Positions 50,424-60,750 are shown, numbered from the stretch's first letter. The stretch: DNA of 64,000 nucleotides from Pseudomonadota bacterium (GCA_963205025.1 CAUJHO010000005.1:56708-120707); one strand, 5' to 3'. Notes: generated by a model from the letters alone, not told the origin. Numbers and translations are program-made.

Positions 50424-51638
50424 ATGGCCAAGATCAAGGTCGACAACCCGATTGTGGACATCGACGGCGACGAGATGACCCGCATCATCTGGCAGATGAT
50501 CAAGGACAAGCTGGTCTTCCCGTATCTGGACCTTGAGCTGGACTACTACGACCTGGGCATGGAGAACCGTGACGCCACCGACGATCAGGTGACGATCGAC
50601 GCGGCCCACGCCATCCAGAAGCACGGCGTCGGCGTGAAGTGCGCCACCATCACGCCCGACGAGGCGCGGGTGAAGGAATTCAGCCTCAAGAAGATGTGGA
50701 AGTCGCCCAACGGCACCATCCGCAACATCCTGGGCGGTGTCGTTTTCCGCGAGCCGATCATCTGTTCGAACGTGCCGCGCCTGGTGCCCGGCTGGACCCA
50801 GCCGATCGTGGTCGGTCGTCATGCCTTCGGCGATCAGTACAAGGCCACCGACTTCCTGGTGCCCGGCCCCGGCAAGCTGACCATCAAGTTCGTCGGTGAC
50901 GATGGCCAGGAGATCGAGCACGAGGTGTTCAACTTCCCGTCCTCGGGCGTGGCCATGGGGATGTACAATCTGGATGACTCGATCACCGAGTTCGCCCGGG
51001 CCAGCTTCGCCTACGGCTTGAACCGCAAGTATCCGGTCTATCTGTCGACCAAGAACACCATCCTGAAAGCCTATGACGGCCGCTTCAAGGACATCTTCCA
51101 GAAGGTGTTCGACGAGGAGTTCAAGGCCGAGTTCGACAAGCTGGGCCTGACCTATGAGCACCGTCTGATCGACGACATGGTGGCCGCCGCCATCAAGTGG
51201 TCGGGCGGCTTCGTCTGGGCCTGCAAGAACTACGATGGTGACGTCCAGTCCGACGTCGTGGCGCAAGGGTTCGGCTCGCTGGGCCTGATGACCTCGGTAC
51301 TGATGACCCCGGACGGCAAGATCCTGGAATCCGAAGCGGCCCACGGCACCGTCACCCGCCACTATCGCCAGCACCAGAAGGGCGAGGCCACCTCGACCAA
51401 CTCGATCGCCTCGATCTACGCCTGGACGCGCGGCTTCAAGCACCGCGGCAAGCTGGACGGCAACCAGGCCCTGATCACCTTCGCCGAGACGATGGAGCGC
51501 GTCGTCGTCGAGACGGTCGAGGCCGGATTCATGACCAAGGACCTGGCGCTGCTGGTCGGCGATCAGCAGGGCTGGCTGACGACCGAGGGCTTCCTGGACA
51601 AGGTCGCCGAGAACCTCGACGCGGCGATGGCGGCCTGA
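50424..51638 (+). CDS. icd: NADP-dependent isocitrate dehydrogenase
   Basis: [37 protein letters not shown] and TNSIAS motifs. Confidence 0.98.
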   Translation: MAKIKVDNPIVDIDGDEMTRIIWQMIKDKLVFPYLDLELDYYDLGMENRDATDDQVTIDAAHAIQKHGVGVKCATITPDEARVKEFSLKKMWKSPNGTIRNILGGVVFREPIICSNVPRLVPGWTQPIVVGRHAFGDQYKATDFLVPGPGKLTIKFVGDDGQEIEHEVFNFPSSGVAMGMYNLDDSITEFARASFAYGLNRKYPVYLSTKNTILKAYDGRFKDIFQKVFDEEFKAEFDKLGLTYEHRLIDDMVAAAIKWSGGFVWACKNYDGDVQSDVVAQGFGSLGLMTSVLMTPDGKILESEAAHGTVTRHYRQHQKGEATSTNSIASIYAWTRGFKHRGKLDGNQALITFAETMERVVVETVEAGFMTKDLALLVGDQQGWLTTEGFLDKVAENLDAAMAA

Positions 51639-51714
51639 GGACGGCCTGACGAAACCTCGCGTGAGGGGTGCGCGGTCTAGCCTTGGCCGCAAAGTCGGGT
51701 CTTAACTGCATCCG

Positions 51715-52548
51715 ATGAGCAGACGCATCGACATCGACGCGGGCGAAATCGGCCCGCCGCTGGACGAGATCATCCGTCATATCGAGGACGGATCGGTTGC
51801 CGAGCTGGTGATCCGGCGCGAGGGGCGCGAGGTCGCGCGCCTGTCGCGGCCGGGCGTCGCCGCGCCCGCTCCGGTGTCGCACGAACGCCAGTACGCCTGG
51901 GACCAGTCGCGCGGCTATCGCGACGGGGGGCGGCGGTCCTCCCTCGGCGGGGCCATCGCCAACTTTCTGGGACTGGCCGTCATCGCGGCCGGCCTGGCCT
52001 TCTTCCTGGCTCCGGCCTACGCCTTCTTTGCGCTGAGGTCGGCGGCCCTGTCGGGCGACGTTCCCGCCCTGGCGGAACTGGTCGACTATGGCGAGGTCCG
52101 GGCCTCGCTGCGCAGCCAGATGTCGGACGATCCGCGCGCCCAGGAGCCGGAACCGTCCTGGCTGGAGAATCCGATCGAGGCCATCCGGCGCCGTCTGGGT
52201 CAGGCCGCCGAAGAGGCGACGGGTGCCGCGCCCAACGTCGACCCGTATCTGACGCCCCAAGCCCTGGCCGGCCTCACCTTCGGCGAAGGTCATTTCGCGG
52301 CGGAGCGGTCGCGCGACGGGGCTCCGGCCATCCAGCATCAACCCGAAGACAAGCCTTGGCCGGGGCTCATGCACTGGGGGCCCAGCCGCACCCGTTTCCG
52401 CATCCGCGACGAAGGCGGGTCGGAGACGGTCCTGACCTTCACCCGCACCGGCGTCTTCGCCTGGCAGCTGACGCATGTCGGCCTGCCCGAAGGCGGCAGC
52501 CCCGACGGGGCCGGTGAGGCCGAACAGGGCGTCCCCCAGGCGGGATAG
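51715..52548 (+). CDS. DUF2939-family membrane protein with Phd/YefM-like N-terminus
   Basis: TM followed by ALRSAA.SGDVPALAELVDYGEVRASLRSQ and C-terminal FTRTGVFAWQLTHVGLP (DUF2939 pattern); N-terminal LVIRREGREVARL. Confidence 0.75.
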   Translation: MSRRIDIDAGEIGPPLDEIIRHIEDGSVAELVIRREGREVARLSRPGVAAPAPVSHERQYAWDQSRGYRDGGRRSSLGGAIANFLGLAVIAAGLAFFLAPAYAFFALRSAALSGDVPALAELVDYGEVRASLRSQMSDDPRAQEPEPSWLENPIEAIRRRLGQAAEEATGAAPNVDPYLTPQALAGLTFGEGHFAAERSRDGAPAIQHQPEDKPWPGLMHWGPSRTRFRIRDEGGSETVLTFTRTGVFAWQLTHVGLPEGGSPDGAGEAEQGVPQAG

Positions 52549-52596
52549 GAATCGGCGACGTCACCCGGCGCGCTGATTGCGGGGCGTCTGTCCATT

Positions 52597-52628
52597 CCGC
52601 TCATCCCCGCCTTCGCGGGGATGAGCGG
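52597..52628. repeat. Perfect 14-bp REP-like hairpin between convergent genes (possible bidirectional terminator)
   Basis: CCGCTCATCCCCGC-cttc-GCGGGGATGAGCGG; shares the CATCCC/GGGATG core with family B ends; no U-tract. Confidence 0.7.
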
Positions 52629-52652
52629 TGAGCGTCGGTAGAGGTGCCGGAA

Positions 52653-55298
52653 CTATGCCAACGCCGCCCTGACCGCGTTCAGACCCTCCTCAGCCTTCGA
52701 TCCGTCCGGTGCCCCGCCTTGCGCGAAGTCCGGCTTGCCGCCGGCCCCCTGGCCGCCCATGGCCAGGACCGCCGCGCGGGCCAGATCGGCGGCGTTGAGC
52801 TTGCCGGTCAGGTCCGGGGTGATCGCCACCGTGACGGCGGCCTTGCCGTCAGTGACGCCGACCAGGGCGACGACGCCCGAGCCGACCTGTTTCTTGAAGT
52901 CTTCGGCCACGCCGCGCAGGGCCTTGCCGTCGACGCCGTCGAGCACGCGCGCGATCAGCTTGACGCCGCCCACTTCTTCGGGCGCGGCATTGCCGCCAGA
53001 GCCGCCGCCCAGGGCCAGCTGTTTCTTCAGGTCCGCGACCTGTTTTTCCAGCGCCTTGACCGAGGTGGTCAGGCCCTCAACCCGGCCCGGCACATCGCCC
53101 GGCTGGATCTTGAAGTCGCGGGCCAGGCCGCGTGCGACCCGGGCCTGGCCTTCCAGATACTGCCGTGCCGCTTCGCCGGTCAGGGCTTCGATCCGGCGCA
53201 CGCCGGCGGCGATGCCGCTTTCGGACACGATCTTGAACAGGGCGATGTCGCCGGTGCGTGCCACATGGGTGCCGCCGCACAGTTCGACCGAATAGGCGGT
53301 CCGGGCGTCGGCCAGCGACTGGCCGAGCGTCAGGACGCGGACCTCATCGCCATATTTCTCACCGAACAGGGCCACGGCCCCGGCCTCGATGGCCTGGCCC
53401 GGTGCCATCAGCTCGGTCGTCGCCGGCAGGTTCTGCCGGATAACCGCATTGACCTCGGCCTCCATGGCCGCGATCTCGTCGTCGGTGACCGGCGCATTGT
53501 GGCTGAAGTCGAAGCGGATGCGTTCGTGGTCGACCATCTGGCCCTTCTGGGCGACATGACCGCCCAGCACATTCTTCAGCGCCGCGTGCAGCAGGTGGGT
53601 GGCCGAATGGTTGGCCCGCGTCGTCAGCCGCTCGGACGGATCGACCGACAGGGCCACGCGCGTGCCGATCTCCAGCGTGCCCGATGTCACCTCGACAGCA
53701 TGGGCATAGAGGTCGCCGCCCGGCTTTTGCACGTCGATGACGCGGGCGGTGCCGCCCGGCCAGGAAATCTCGCCCTGATCGCCGGCCTGGCCGCCGCCTT
53801 CGCCATAGAAGGGGGTCTGGTCGAAGACGACTTCGGCGGTGTCGCCTTCGGAGACGCGGTCGACGGGCTGGCCGTCCTTGATCATGGCCAGGACTTCGCC
53901 CGAGCCGTCGACGGCGTCATAGCCGGTGAAGACGGTCGCCCCCAGGCGGTCGCGGATCTTGAGCCATTCGCCCTGGGACGCCTTCTGGCCCGAGCCCTTC
54001 CAGTGTTCGCGGCTGCGCGCGCGCTGCTCGGCCATCGCGTGCTGGAAGCCATCGACATTGACCGAGAAGCCGCGACGGCGGGCCTCGTCCTGGGTCAGAT
54101 CCAGCGGGAAGCCATAGGTGTCGTACAGCTCAAACGCGGTCTGGCCGTCGAGCATGTCGCCGGGGCGAAAACCCTGCACCGCCGTCTCGAACAGGGTCAT
54201 GCCGCGCCCGAGCGTCGAGCGGAAGCGCAGCTCTTCCTGCTTGAGCGTGTCCTCGACGAAGGCCTGGGCGCGCTTCAGCTCGGGATAGGCTTCGCCCATC
54301 TCGGCCACCAGGGTCGGGACCAGCCGGTACATCAGAGGCTCGGTCGCGCCCAGCAGGTGCGCGTGGCGCATGGCCCGGCGCATGATCCGGCGCAGGACAT
54401 AGCCGCGGCCTTCGTTGGAGGGGGTGACCCCGTCCGCGATCAGGAAGGACGACGACCTGAGATGGTCGGCGATGACCCGGTGGCTGGGCGCGCGTACCTC
54501 GTCCGAGGGCGTGGACGTCAGCTCTTCGGACGCCTTGATCAGGGTCTGGAACAGATCGGTGTCGAACACCGAGTTCTTGCCCTGCAGGACCGAGGCGATC
54601 CGCTCCAGCCCCATGCCGGTGTCGACCGAGGGCTTGGGCAGGTCGCGAACGATGACATCGTTCTCCTTCTCGAACTGCATGAAGACGTTGTTCCAGATCT
54701 CGACGAAGCGGTCGCCGTCTTCATCGGGGCTGCCCGGAGGCCCGCCCGGAACGTGCTCGCCATAGTCCCAGAAGATCTCGGTACAGGGTCCGCACGGGCC
54801 GTTGTCGCCCATGGCCCAGAAGTTGTCGGAGCCGGCGATGCGGACGATCTTGTGATCGGCGAACCCGGTCACCTTCTTCCAGATGTTCCAGGCCTCGTCG
54901 TCGTCGATGTAGGTGGTCACCATCAGCCGGTTCGGATCCAGGCCGAAGTCCTGGGTCACCAGCTTCCACGCCTGCTCGATGGCGTGCTCCTTGAAATAGT
55001 CGCCGAAGGAGAAATTCCCCAGCATCTCGAAGAAGGTCAGGTGGCGGGCGGTATAGCCGACATTGTCCAGGTCATTGTGCTTGCCCCCGGCGCGCACGCA
55101 CTTCTGCGAGCTGGTGGCGCGCGGCCACGGCGGGGTCGCCGCACCGGTGAAATAGTCTTTGAACGGCACCATGCCGGCATTGACGAACAGCAGCGTCGGG
55201 TCGTTTTGCGGCACCAGAGGGGCTGAATGCACCTTCTCGTGGCCGTCCTTGGCGAAGAAGTCGAGGTAGGTCGAGCGGATGTCTTTGAGAGAGGTCAT
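52653..55298 (-). CDS. alaS: Alanine--tRNA ligase
   Basis: LLFVNAGMVPFK, TFFEMLGNFSFGDYFK, DTGMGLER, NHSATHLLH, ELCGGTH and GGKPDFAQGG motifs. Confidence 0.99.
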   Translation of the reverse strand: MTSLKDIRSTYLDFFAKDGHEKVHSAPLVPQNDPTLLFVNAGMVPFKDYFTGAATPPWPRATSSQKCVRAGGKHNDLDNVGYTARHLTFFEMLGNFSFGDYFKEHAIEQAWKLVTQDFGLDPNRLMVTTYIDDDEAWNIWKKVTGFADHKIVRIAGSDNFWAMGDNGPCGPCTEIFWDYGEHVPGGPPGSPDEDGDRFVEIWNNVFMQFEKENDVIVRDLPKPSVDTGMGLERIASVLQGKNSVFDTDLFQTLIKASEELTSTPSDEVRAPSHRVIADHLRSSSFLIADGVTPSNEGRGYVLRRIMRRAMRHAHLLGATEPLMYRLVPTLVAEMGEAYPELKRAQAFVEDTLKQEELRFRSTLGRGMTLFETAVQGFRPGDMLDGQTAFELYDTYGFPLDLTQDEARRRGFSVNVDGFQHAMAEQRARSREHWKGSGQKASQGEWLKIRDRLGATVFTGYDAVDGSGEVLAMIKDGQPVDRVSEGDTAEVVFDQTPFYGEGGGQAGDQGEISWPGGTARVIDVQKPGGDLYAHAVEVTSGTLEIGTRVALSVDPSERLTTRANHSATHLLHAALKNVLGGHVAQKGQMVDHERIRFDFSHNAPVTDDEIAAMEAEVNAVIRQNLPATTELMAPGQAIEAGAVALFGEKYGDEVRVLTLGQSLADARTAYSVELCGGTHVARTGDIALFKIVSESGIAAGVRRIEALTGEAARQYLEGQARVARGLARDFKIQPGDVPGRVEGLTTSVKALEKQVADLKKQLALGGGSGGNAAPEEVGGVKLIARVLDGVDGKALRGVAEDFKKQVGSGVVALVGVTDGKAAVTVAITPDLTGKLNAADLARAAVLAMGGQGAGGKPDFAQGGAPDGSKAEEGLNAVRAALA

Positions 55299-55401
55299 GT
55301 CGGCGCCAGGTTGGGAGACCGGCCATATAGGGGTTTGAGCGCGCTCAAGCCAAGGGTTTCAGGGCCTCGATCTGGCCGCGGTGTCATGGCAAAAGTCCAC
55401 T

Positions 55402-55833
55402 ATGAGCATCCGCATCGAACACCGCATCGGCGTGGCCGCCTCGGCCGAAACGATCTGGGGTATCATCGCCGACCTGGAACGCTGGGGGGACTGGAACCCG
55501 CTGCACCCCGAAGCGAGCGGTCACATCGCCATCGGCGGTCGACTCGCACTGGCCGAGGCCCTGGACGGAGATGCCGTGCGGCGGCTTGAAGCCACCATCC
55601 CGGACTGGACGCCGGAGATCCAGCTGGTCTGGAACGTCCGGCGCGGCTTCCTGTCGCGCTCGACCCGCTATTTCGAGCTGGAGCCCCTGACCGACCACAG
55701 CACCCTTCTGGCCAATGGCGAGATCTTCGACGGGCTGCTGGGGGAAGACTGGGCCGCGAAGCGACGCGCGCCCTTCCGCGCGGCGTTCGAGGCCATCAAT
55801 GAGGCTATCAAGGTCCGCGCCGAAAGCGCCTGA
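55402..55833 (+). CDS. SRPBCC (START-like) family protein
   Basis: ASAETIWGIIADLERWGDWNP and FEAINEAIKVRAES pattern. Confidence 0.88.
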   Translation: MSIRIEHRIGVAASAETIWGIIADLERWGDWNPLHPEASGHIAIGGRLALAEALDGDAVRRLEATIPDWTPEIQLVWNVRRGFLSRSTRYFELEPLTDHSTLLANGEIFDGLLGEDWAAKRRAPFRAAFEAINEAIKVRAESA

Positions 55834-55839
55834 CGCGGG

Positions 55840-56721
55840 CTATTCGTTATTGGGGATACACAGCTGCTCGCCGCAGGCCTTGCAGTGAACGGCATCCGGG
55901 TCGTGCTTGCCCAGGCCGCAGGTGGGACATGGAAAGCTGACCTTGTTGGGCCTGAAGACCGCCTGACCCAGGCGCACGAACAGGGTCACGCCCACCAGCA
56001 TGATGCAGATCGACACCAGCCGGCCCCAGGTGCCCGGCAGAACGATGTCGCCATAGCCGGTGGTGGTCAGGCTGGTGACGGTGAAATACAGCGCATCCAT
56101 ATAGCCCTGCAGACCTTCGTGCGAGCCGAGGAAGGCCGTATAGACGAAGCCCGTGGCCACGAAGACGAAGGTCACCAGGGTCAGGACGGCCCGGACGATC
56201 TCCTCGGTGCGGGTGTCGTCATACTTCTCGCCCAGCGTGCGCCAGAAGAAGTCCGAATGGATCAAGGTCCACAGCCGAAGCACCCTGAGGAAGCCCAGGT
56301 TGAAGAACCAGGCCGGAAACAGCAGCGTCGCCAGGATGAACAGGTCGACCCAGACGATGGGGCGTTTCAGCCAGTCCTTGAAATCGGAAAAGGCATAGGC
56401 GCGCGCCGCCAGGTCCAGCGCCAGGATCGCGGCAATCACATAGTCGACGGCATAGAAGATGATGCCCTGCTCCTTGAGCAGGGGGCTGACCATGAAGAAG
56501 CCGATGATCAGCAGGTCGATGACCAGAACGATGACCCGGAACTTCACCGCCGTCGGCGAGCCGCCGTGATACAGGGCGCGCAGCCGGGCCTTGAGGCGTA
56601 GCCCTTCCTTGCGCGGCGGCATCTCGGCAGCGGTCGCGATCCGGGCCTGACGGCGGGCGGCGGCGGCGGCGGTCTGGGGGTGGGAGGCGGCACCAGCGCG
56701 CCGGGGCTTGGAACTCATCAT
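55840..56721 (-). CDS. Potassium channel family protein with C-terminal zinc ribbon
   Basis: S4-like LRVLRLW, pore TVTSLTTTGYGD and CPTCG...HCKACG; start uncertain. Confidence 0.9.
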   Translation of the reverse strand: MMSSKPRRAGAASHPQTAAAAARRQARIATAAEMPPRKEGLRLKARLRALYHGGSPTAVKFRVIVLVIDLLIIGFFMVSPLLKEQGIIFYAVDYVIAAILALDLAARAYAFSDFKDWLKRPIVWVDLFILATLLFPAWFFNLGFLRVLRLWTLIHSDFFWRTLGEKYDDTRTEEIVRAVLTLVTFVFVATGFVYTAFLGSHEGLQGYMDALYFTVTSLTTTGYGDIVLPGTWGRLVSICIMLVGVTLFVRLGQAVFRPNKVSFPCPTCGLGKHDPDAVHCKACGEQLCIPNNE

Positions 56722-56767
56722 CCCTCGATAGCGCGGGTGGCTCGCGCGGGAAACCTGCAAGGCCTAT

Positions 56768-57604
56768 ATGCGCAATATGGGAAGACCCTTCGTCAAGATG
56801 AATGGCCTGGGCAACGACTTCGTCGTCGTCGAGGCGCGCAGCCGACCCTTTCAGCCCTCCGAGGACGAGGTGAGGGCGATCTGTGATCGCGCGACCGGCG
56901 AAGGCTGTGACCAGTTGATCTCCATTGAGCCGGGAACGGACGGCGCGGTCTTCATGCGGGTGTGGAACGCCGACGGGGGCCAGGTCGAGACCTGCGGCAA
57001 CGCCCTGCGCTGCGTCGGCTGGCTGTTGATGCAGGCGTCTGGCAACGACAAGGTCGACATCCAGACCGCCGGGGGGCTGGCCCATGCCCACGCCGGCGGC
57101 GATCACCGGGTCTCGGTCGATATGGGCGCTCCGGGTCTGGACTGGACCCGGATCCCGTTGGCCGAGGAGATGGACACGCGCGGCATCGAGCTTCAGATCG
57201 GCCCGATCGACGACCCGGTCCTGCATACGCCGGGGGCCGTTTCGATGGGCAATCCCCATGTCACCTTCTTTGCCGACCGAGAATTTGACGACGCCTTCGT
57301 CACGGCCTCAGGGTCGTTGCTGGAGCATCACCCGCTGTTTCCCGAAGCCGTCAATGTTGGCTTTGCGCGCGTGCTGGGGCCTGACCGTATCCGCCTGAGG
57401 GTGTGGGAGCGCGGGGCCGGTCTGACCCGGGCCTGTGGCACCGGGGCCTGCGCGGCCCTGGTCGCGGCCAGCCGCAAGGGCCTGGTCGGGCGGCGCGCGA
57501 CCCTGGTGCTGGACGGCGGCGAGCTGGAAATCGACTGGCGCGACGACGGCCATGTCTGGATGACCGGCCCCGTCGAGGTCGAGCGGACGGGCGTGCTCAC
57601 ATGA
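56768..57604 (+). CDS. dapF: Diaminopimelate epimerase
   Basis: KMNGLGNDF, NADGGQVETCGN, SMGNPH and ERGAGLTRACGTG motifs. Confidence 0.97.
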   Translation: MRNMGRPFVKMNGLGNDFVVVEARSRPFQPSEDEVRAICDRATGEGCDQLISIEPGTDGAVFMRVWNADGGQVETCGNALRCVGWLLMQASGNDKVDIQTAGGLAHAHAGGDHRVSVDMGAPGLDWTRIPLAEEMDTRGIELQIGPIDDPVLHTPGAVSMGNPHVTFFADREFDDAFVTASGSLLEHHPLFPEAVNVGFARVLGPDRIRLRVWERGAGLTRACGTGACAALVAASRKGLVGRRATLVLDGGELEIDWRDDGHVWMTGPVEVERTGVLT

Positions 57605-58026
57605 CGCCGGCAGCGGTCCAGATGCTGGTCCCGCTGTTTCTGCATTTCGGTGTGGTTATGGCCCTCTATGTGGCCCTTACCTGGGCGCGGCTGGTCGTCG
57701 TGCGACGCGGCGAGGCGTCCTCGTCCGATTTCGCCCGGGCCGACGGGGATCCGCGCCTGTCCGCCCGCATCCAGCGCAATCTGGCCAATCAGTTTGAAGC
57801 GCCGATGTTCGCCTGGGTCGGGGCCCTGGTGCTGATTCTCAGCCACCATGTGACCTGGTTCGACGTCGCGGCCGCCTGGGCCTTCCTGATCGGCCGGCTG
57901 ATCCACAGTTGGGTCCAATGCTCTGGCGACGACGTGAAGCTGCGCGGCCGGGTTTTTGTGATCAATTTCCTGGCCGTGCTCTGGCTGATGGGCCATGCCT
58001 TTGCAGCAATCCTTGGCGGCCCCTAA
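57601..58026 (+). CDS. MAPEG-family membrane protein
   Basis: NLANQFEAP and RLIHSWV motifs with four TMs; ATGA overlap with dapF. Confidence 0.85.
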   Translation: MTPAAVQMLVPLFLHFGVVMALYVALTWARLVVVRRGEASSSDFARADGDPRLSARIQRNLANQFEAPMFAWVGALVLILSHHVTWFDVAAAWAFLIGRLIHSWVQCSGDDVKLRGRVFVINFLAVLWLMGHAFAAILGGP

Positions 58027-58661
58027 TTGCCTTGATCCATCCGGCTTGTGATCAGATTGGCCAGCCGCTCCGGCCCGAGGCTGGCGCTGAGCGGGATGGC
58101 GAATTCGCCGGCCGGGTTCATCAGATAGATGTTGGTCGAATGATCCATGGTGTAGCCGCCGCCTTCCAGGTCACGCCGGGTATAGACCACACGATAGGCC
58201 TGGGCCGCCTGGCGGATCTGATCGGGCGTGCCGGTCAGGCCGACGACGCCCTCGGGGAAGCTGGCGGTCTGAAGATAGTCGGCCATGGCGTCGGGCGTAT
58301 CGCGCTCGGGGTCTATCGAGATGAAGACGATCTGCAGATCGTCGCCCCGTTCGCCCATGCGCGCCTGGGCGGCTTCCAGAGCCTGAAGGGTCGAGGGGCA
58401 GAAGTCCGGGCAATGGGTGAAGCCGAAGAAGACGGCCGTCCAGCGTCCCTGAAGGATCGACTGATCGACCGGGTGGCCGGTCTGGTCGACCAGCTGGAAG
58501 GGGCCGCCGATATCGGCCCGGCCAAAGGACACCACCGGTTGGCCGGCCCCCGCCGAGGCCGTATCCGTTCGCGCCTGATACCGCCACAGGGTCAGCCCGC
58601 CGATCAGGACCGCCAGGCCCAGACAGGCGGCGGCAAAGATGATGATCGATTTGCGCGGCAT
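58023..58661 (-). CDS. SCO1/SenC (PrrC) copper chaperone
   Basis: FGFTHCPDFCP, DPERDT and MDHS motifs; divergent from regB. Confidence 0.94.
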   Translation of the reverse strand: MPRKSIIIFAAACLGLAVLIGGLTLWRYQARTDTASAGAGQPVVSFGRADIGGPFQLVDQTGHPVDQSILQGRWTAVFFGFTHCPDFCPSTLQALEAAQARMGERGDDLQIVFISIDPERDTPDAMADYLQTASFPEGVVGLTGTPDQIRQAAQAYRVVYTRRDLEGGGYTMDHSTNIYLMNPAGEFAIPLSASLGPERLANLITSRMDQGN

Positions 58662-58683
58662 GAAATCCTCTCGACGAAGTCCG

Positions 58684-60054
58684 ATGGGCGGGGCTTATAG
58701 GGGCGTGACCGCCGACTCCCAAGACGTATCGATCTTCAGCGATCCGGCCAGCCTGCCGGCCCCACGCGGGCGGCTGCGCGCCTCGACGCTCATGTCCCTG
58801 CGCTGGCTGGGGCTGGCGGGACAGCTGGTGGCGGTGCTGCTGACGGCCTTCATGCTGGATTTCGAGATCCGGCTGGGCTGGGCCCTTGGGGTGATCGGGG
58901 CCGGGGCCTGGATGAACCTGGCCCTGATGTTGCGGCCCAACCCGCGACCGGTGCTGGAAGGCTGGGGCGCGGCCGCCCAGCTCAGTTTCGATGTGATTCA
59001 GCTGGGCGCGCTGCTGGGCCTGACCGGCGGGCTGGACAATCCGTTTTCGCTTCTGCTGATCGCGCCGGTCACCATTGCCGCAGCGGCTCTGCCGACGCGC
59101 CAGACCATGACCATCGGCGGCCTGGCCCTGCTGGTTGCCTCGATCCTGTTTTTCGTGCCCGAGCCGCTGCCCTGGAGGGGCGGGGAGACCTTCGCCCTGC
59201 CGCCGCTGTACCGGCTTGGCGTCTGGATTGCGGTCATGGCCGGGGTGCTGTTCACCGCCGGCTATGCCTGGCGCACCGCCAATGAGGCCCGGCGCATGGC
59301 GCTCGCCCTGGCCGCGACGGACGCCATTCTGGCGCGCGAACAGCGGCTGGCGGCCATGGGCGGCCTGGCGGCGGCGGCGGCGCACGAGCTGGGCACGCCC
59401 CTGGCGACGATCCAGATCGTGGCGCGCGAGCTTCTGCGGAACGCCAAGGGCGACGCCGCCCTGGCCGAGGATGCCGCCCTGCTGGTGCAGCAGGCCGAAC
59501 GGTGCCGGGATATTCTCAAGGCGCTGTCGCAGCGATCCGACACTGGCGAGGTGGCCGATGCCCGCCTGTCGCTGAAGCTGCTGCTGAACGAATGCGCCGA
59601 GCCGCATCGCGGGGCCGGGCCGCGCATCGAGATCGCCGTCGAGGGGGCCATCGGGGCGACCGAGCCCGAGGTGCGGCGCCTGCCCGAGGCGGTCCGGGCC
59701 ATCTCGACCCTGATCGAAAACGCCACCGACTTCGCCGTCTTCGAGGTGCGGGTGACGGCGCGCTATGACGACCGGACGGTGCGGGTCGAGGTGCGCGACG
59801 ACGGGCCGGGTTTCGCCTCGGATGTGCTGGCGCGGCTGGGCGAGCCGTATGTGACCTCGCGGCCCCTGGGCGAAGGCTCGCGGACCGGCCATCAAGGCAT
59901 GGGCCTGGGCTTCTTCATCGCCAAGACCTTGCTGGAAAAGACCGGGGCGTCGCTGACGTTCGGCAATCTCAGAAACAAGGAAGGGGCCCAGGTCACCGTG
60001 ACCTGGCCGCGCGAGGCCATAGAGGCGCCGCAACAGGGTGCGACAACCATCTGA
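58684..60054 (+). CDS. regB: Redox-sensing histidine kinase RegB/PrrB/ActS
   Basis: TGGLDNPF quinone-site motif, AAHELGTPL and QAERCRDIL redox Cys. Confidence 0.93.
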   Translation: MGGAYRGVTADSQDVSIFSDPASLPAPRGRLRASTLMSLRWLGLAGQLVAVLLTAFMLDFEIRLGWALGVIGAGAWMNLALMLRPNPRPVLEGWGAAAQLSFDVIQLGALLGLTGGLDNPFSLLLIAPVTIAAAALPTRQTMTIGGLALLVASILFFVPEPLPWRGGETFALPPLYRLGVWIAVMAGVLFTAGYAWRTANEARRMALALAATDAILAREQRLAAMGGLAAAAAHELGTPLATIQIVARELLRNAKGDAALAEDAALLVQQAERCRDILKALSQRSDTGEVADARLSLKLLLNECAEPHRGAGPRIEIAVEGAIGATEPEVRRLPEAVRAISTLIENATDFAVFEVRVTARYDDRTVRVEVRDDGPGFASDVLARLGEPYVTSRPLGEGSRTGHQGMGLGFFIAKTLLEKTGASLTFGNLRNKEGAQVTVTWPREAIEAPQQGATTI

Positions 60055-60112
60055 CGGGCTTGCGTCAGGGAGACGCAGGGTCGAATCTGCAGGGCAGGGC
60101 TAGGAGATATCC

Positions 60113-60679
60113 ATGACCGAAACGCTCGATCTTCAGACCCAGGTGGAAACCCTGGCGGACCGGACGCTGCTGGTGCTGGACGACGATGCTGCGCTCAGGA
60201 CGCGCCTGGGCCGGGCCATGGAATCGCGCGGCTTCCAGGTGACCCTGGCTGAGTCCGTTGCCGAGGCGACCGGCATCGCCCGATCGAACCCGCCCGCCTT
60301 TGCGGTGGTCGATATGCGGCTGGAGGATGGAACCGGACTGGTGGTGGTCGAGGCACTGCGCGAAGCCCGGCCCGACGCGCGGGTGGTGATGTTGACCGGC
60401 TATGGGGCCATCGCCAATGCCGTGGCCGCGATCAAGGCCGGGGCCATCGACTATCTGTCCAAGCCCGCCGATGCCGACGATGTGGTCAAGGCCTTGCTGG
60501 CCCAGGGCGACGACAAGGCCGCCCCGCCCGAGAATCCGATGTCGGCCGACCGGGTGCGCTGGGAGCATATCCAGCGGGTCTATGACCTGTGCGGCGGCAA
60601 TGTCTCGGAGACGGCGCGGCGGCTGAACATGCACCGCCGGACGCTGCAACGGATCCTGGCCAAGCGCGCGCCGCGCTGA
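60113..60679 (+). CDS. regA: Response regulator RegA/PrrA/ActR
   Basis: Receiver plus PPENPMSADRVRWEHIQRVY...NVSETARRLNMHRRTLQRILAKRAPR. Confidence 0.96.
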   Translation: MTETLDLQTQVETLADRTLLVLDDDAALRTRLGRAMESRGFQVTLAESVAEATGIARSNPPAFAVVDMRLEDGTGLVVVEALREARPDARVVMLTGYGAIANAVAAIKAGAIDYLSKPADADDVVKALLAQGDDKAAPPENPMSADRVRWEHIQRVYDLCGGNVSETARRLNMHRRTLQRILAKRAPR

Positions 60680-60680
60680 G

Positions 60681-60750
60681 CCAGACGGTTCGGACGGTTC
60701 AGACGGTTCGACTGACCGAAAACACCGTCTGAACCGTCCAGATCGTCTGG
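60681..60750. repeat. 27-bp imperfect inverted repeat built from 9-mer GACGGTT/GACGATC units (family C)
   Basis: Arms 60681-60707 and 60724-60750 pair at 24/27 positions; lies between convergent regA and mmcB. Confidence 0.85.
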
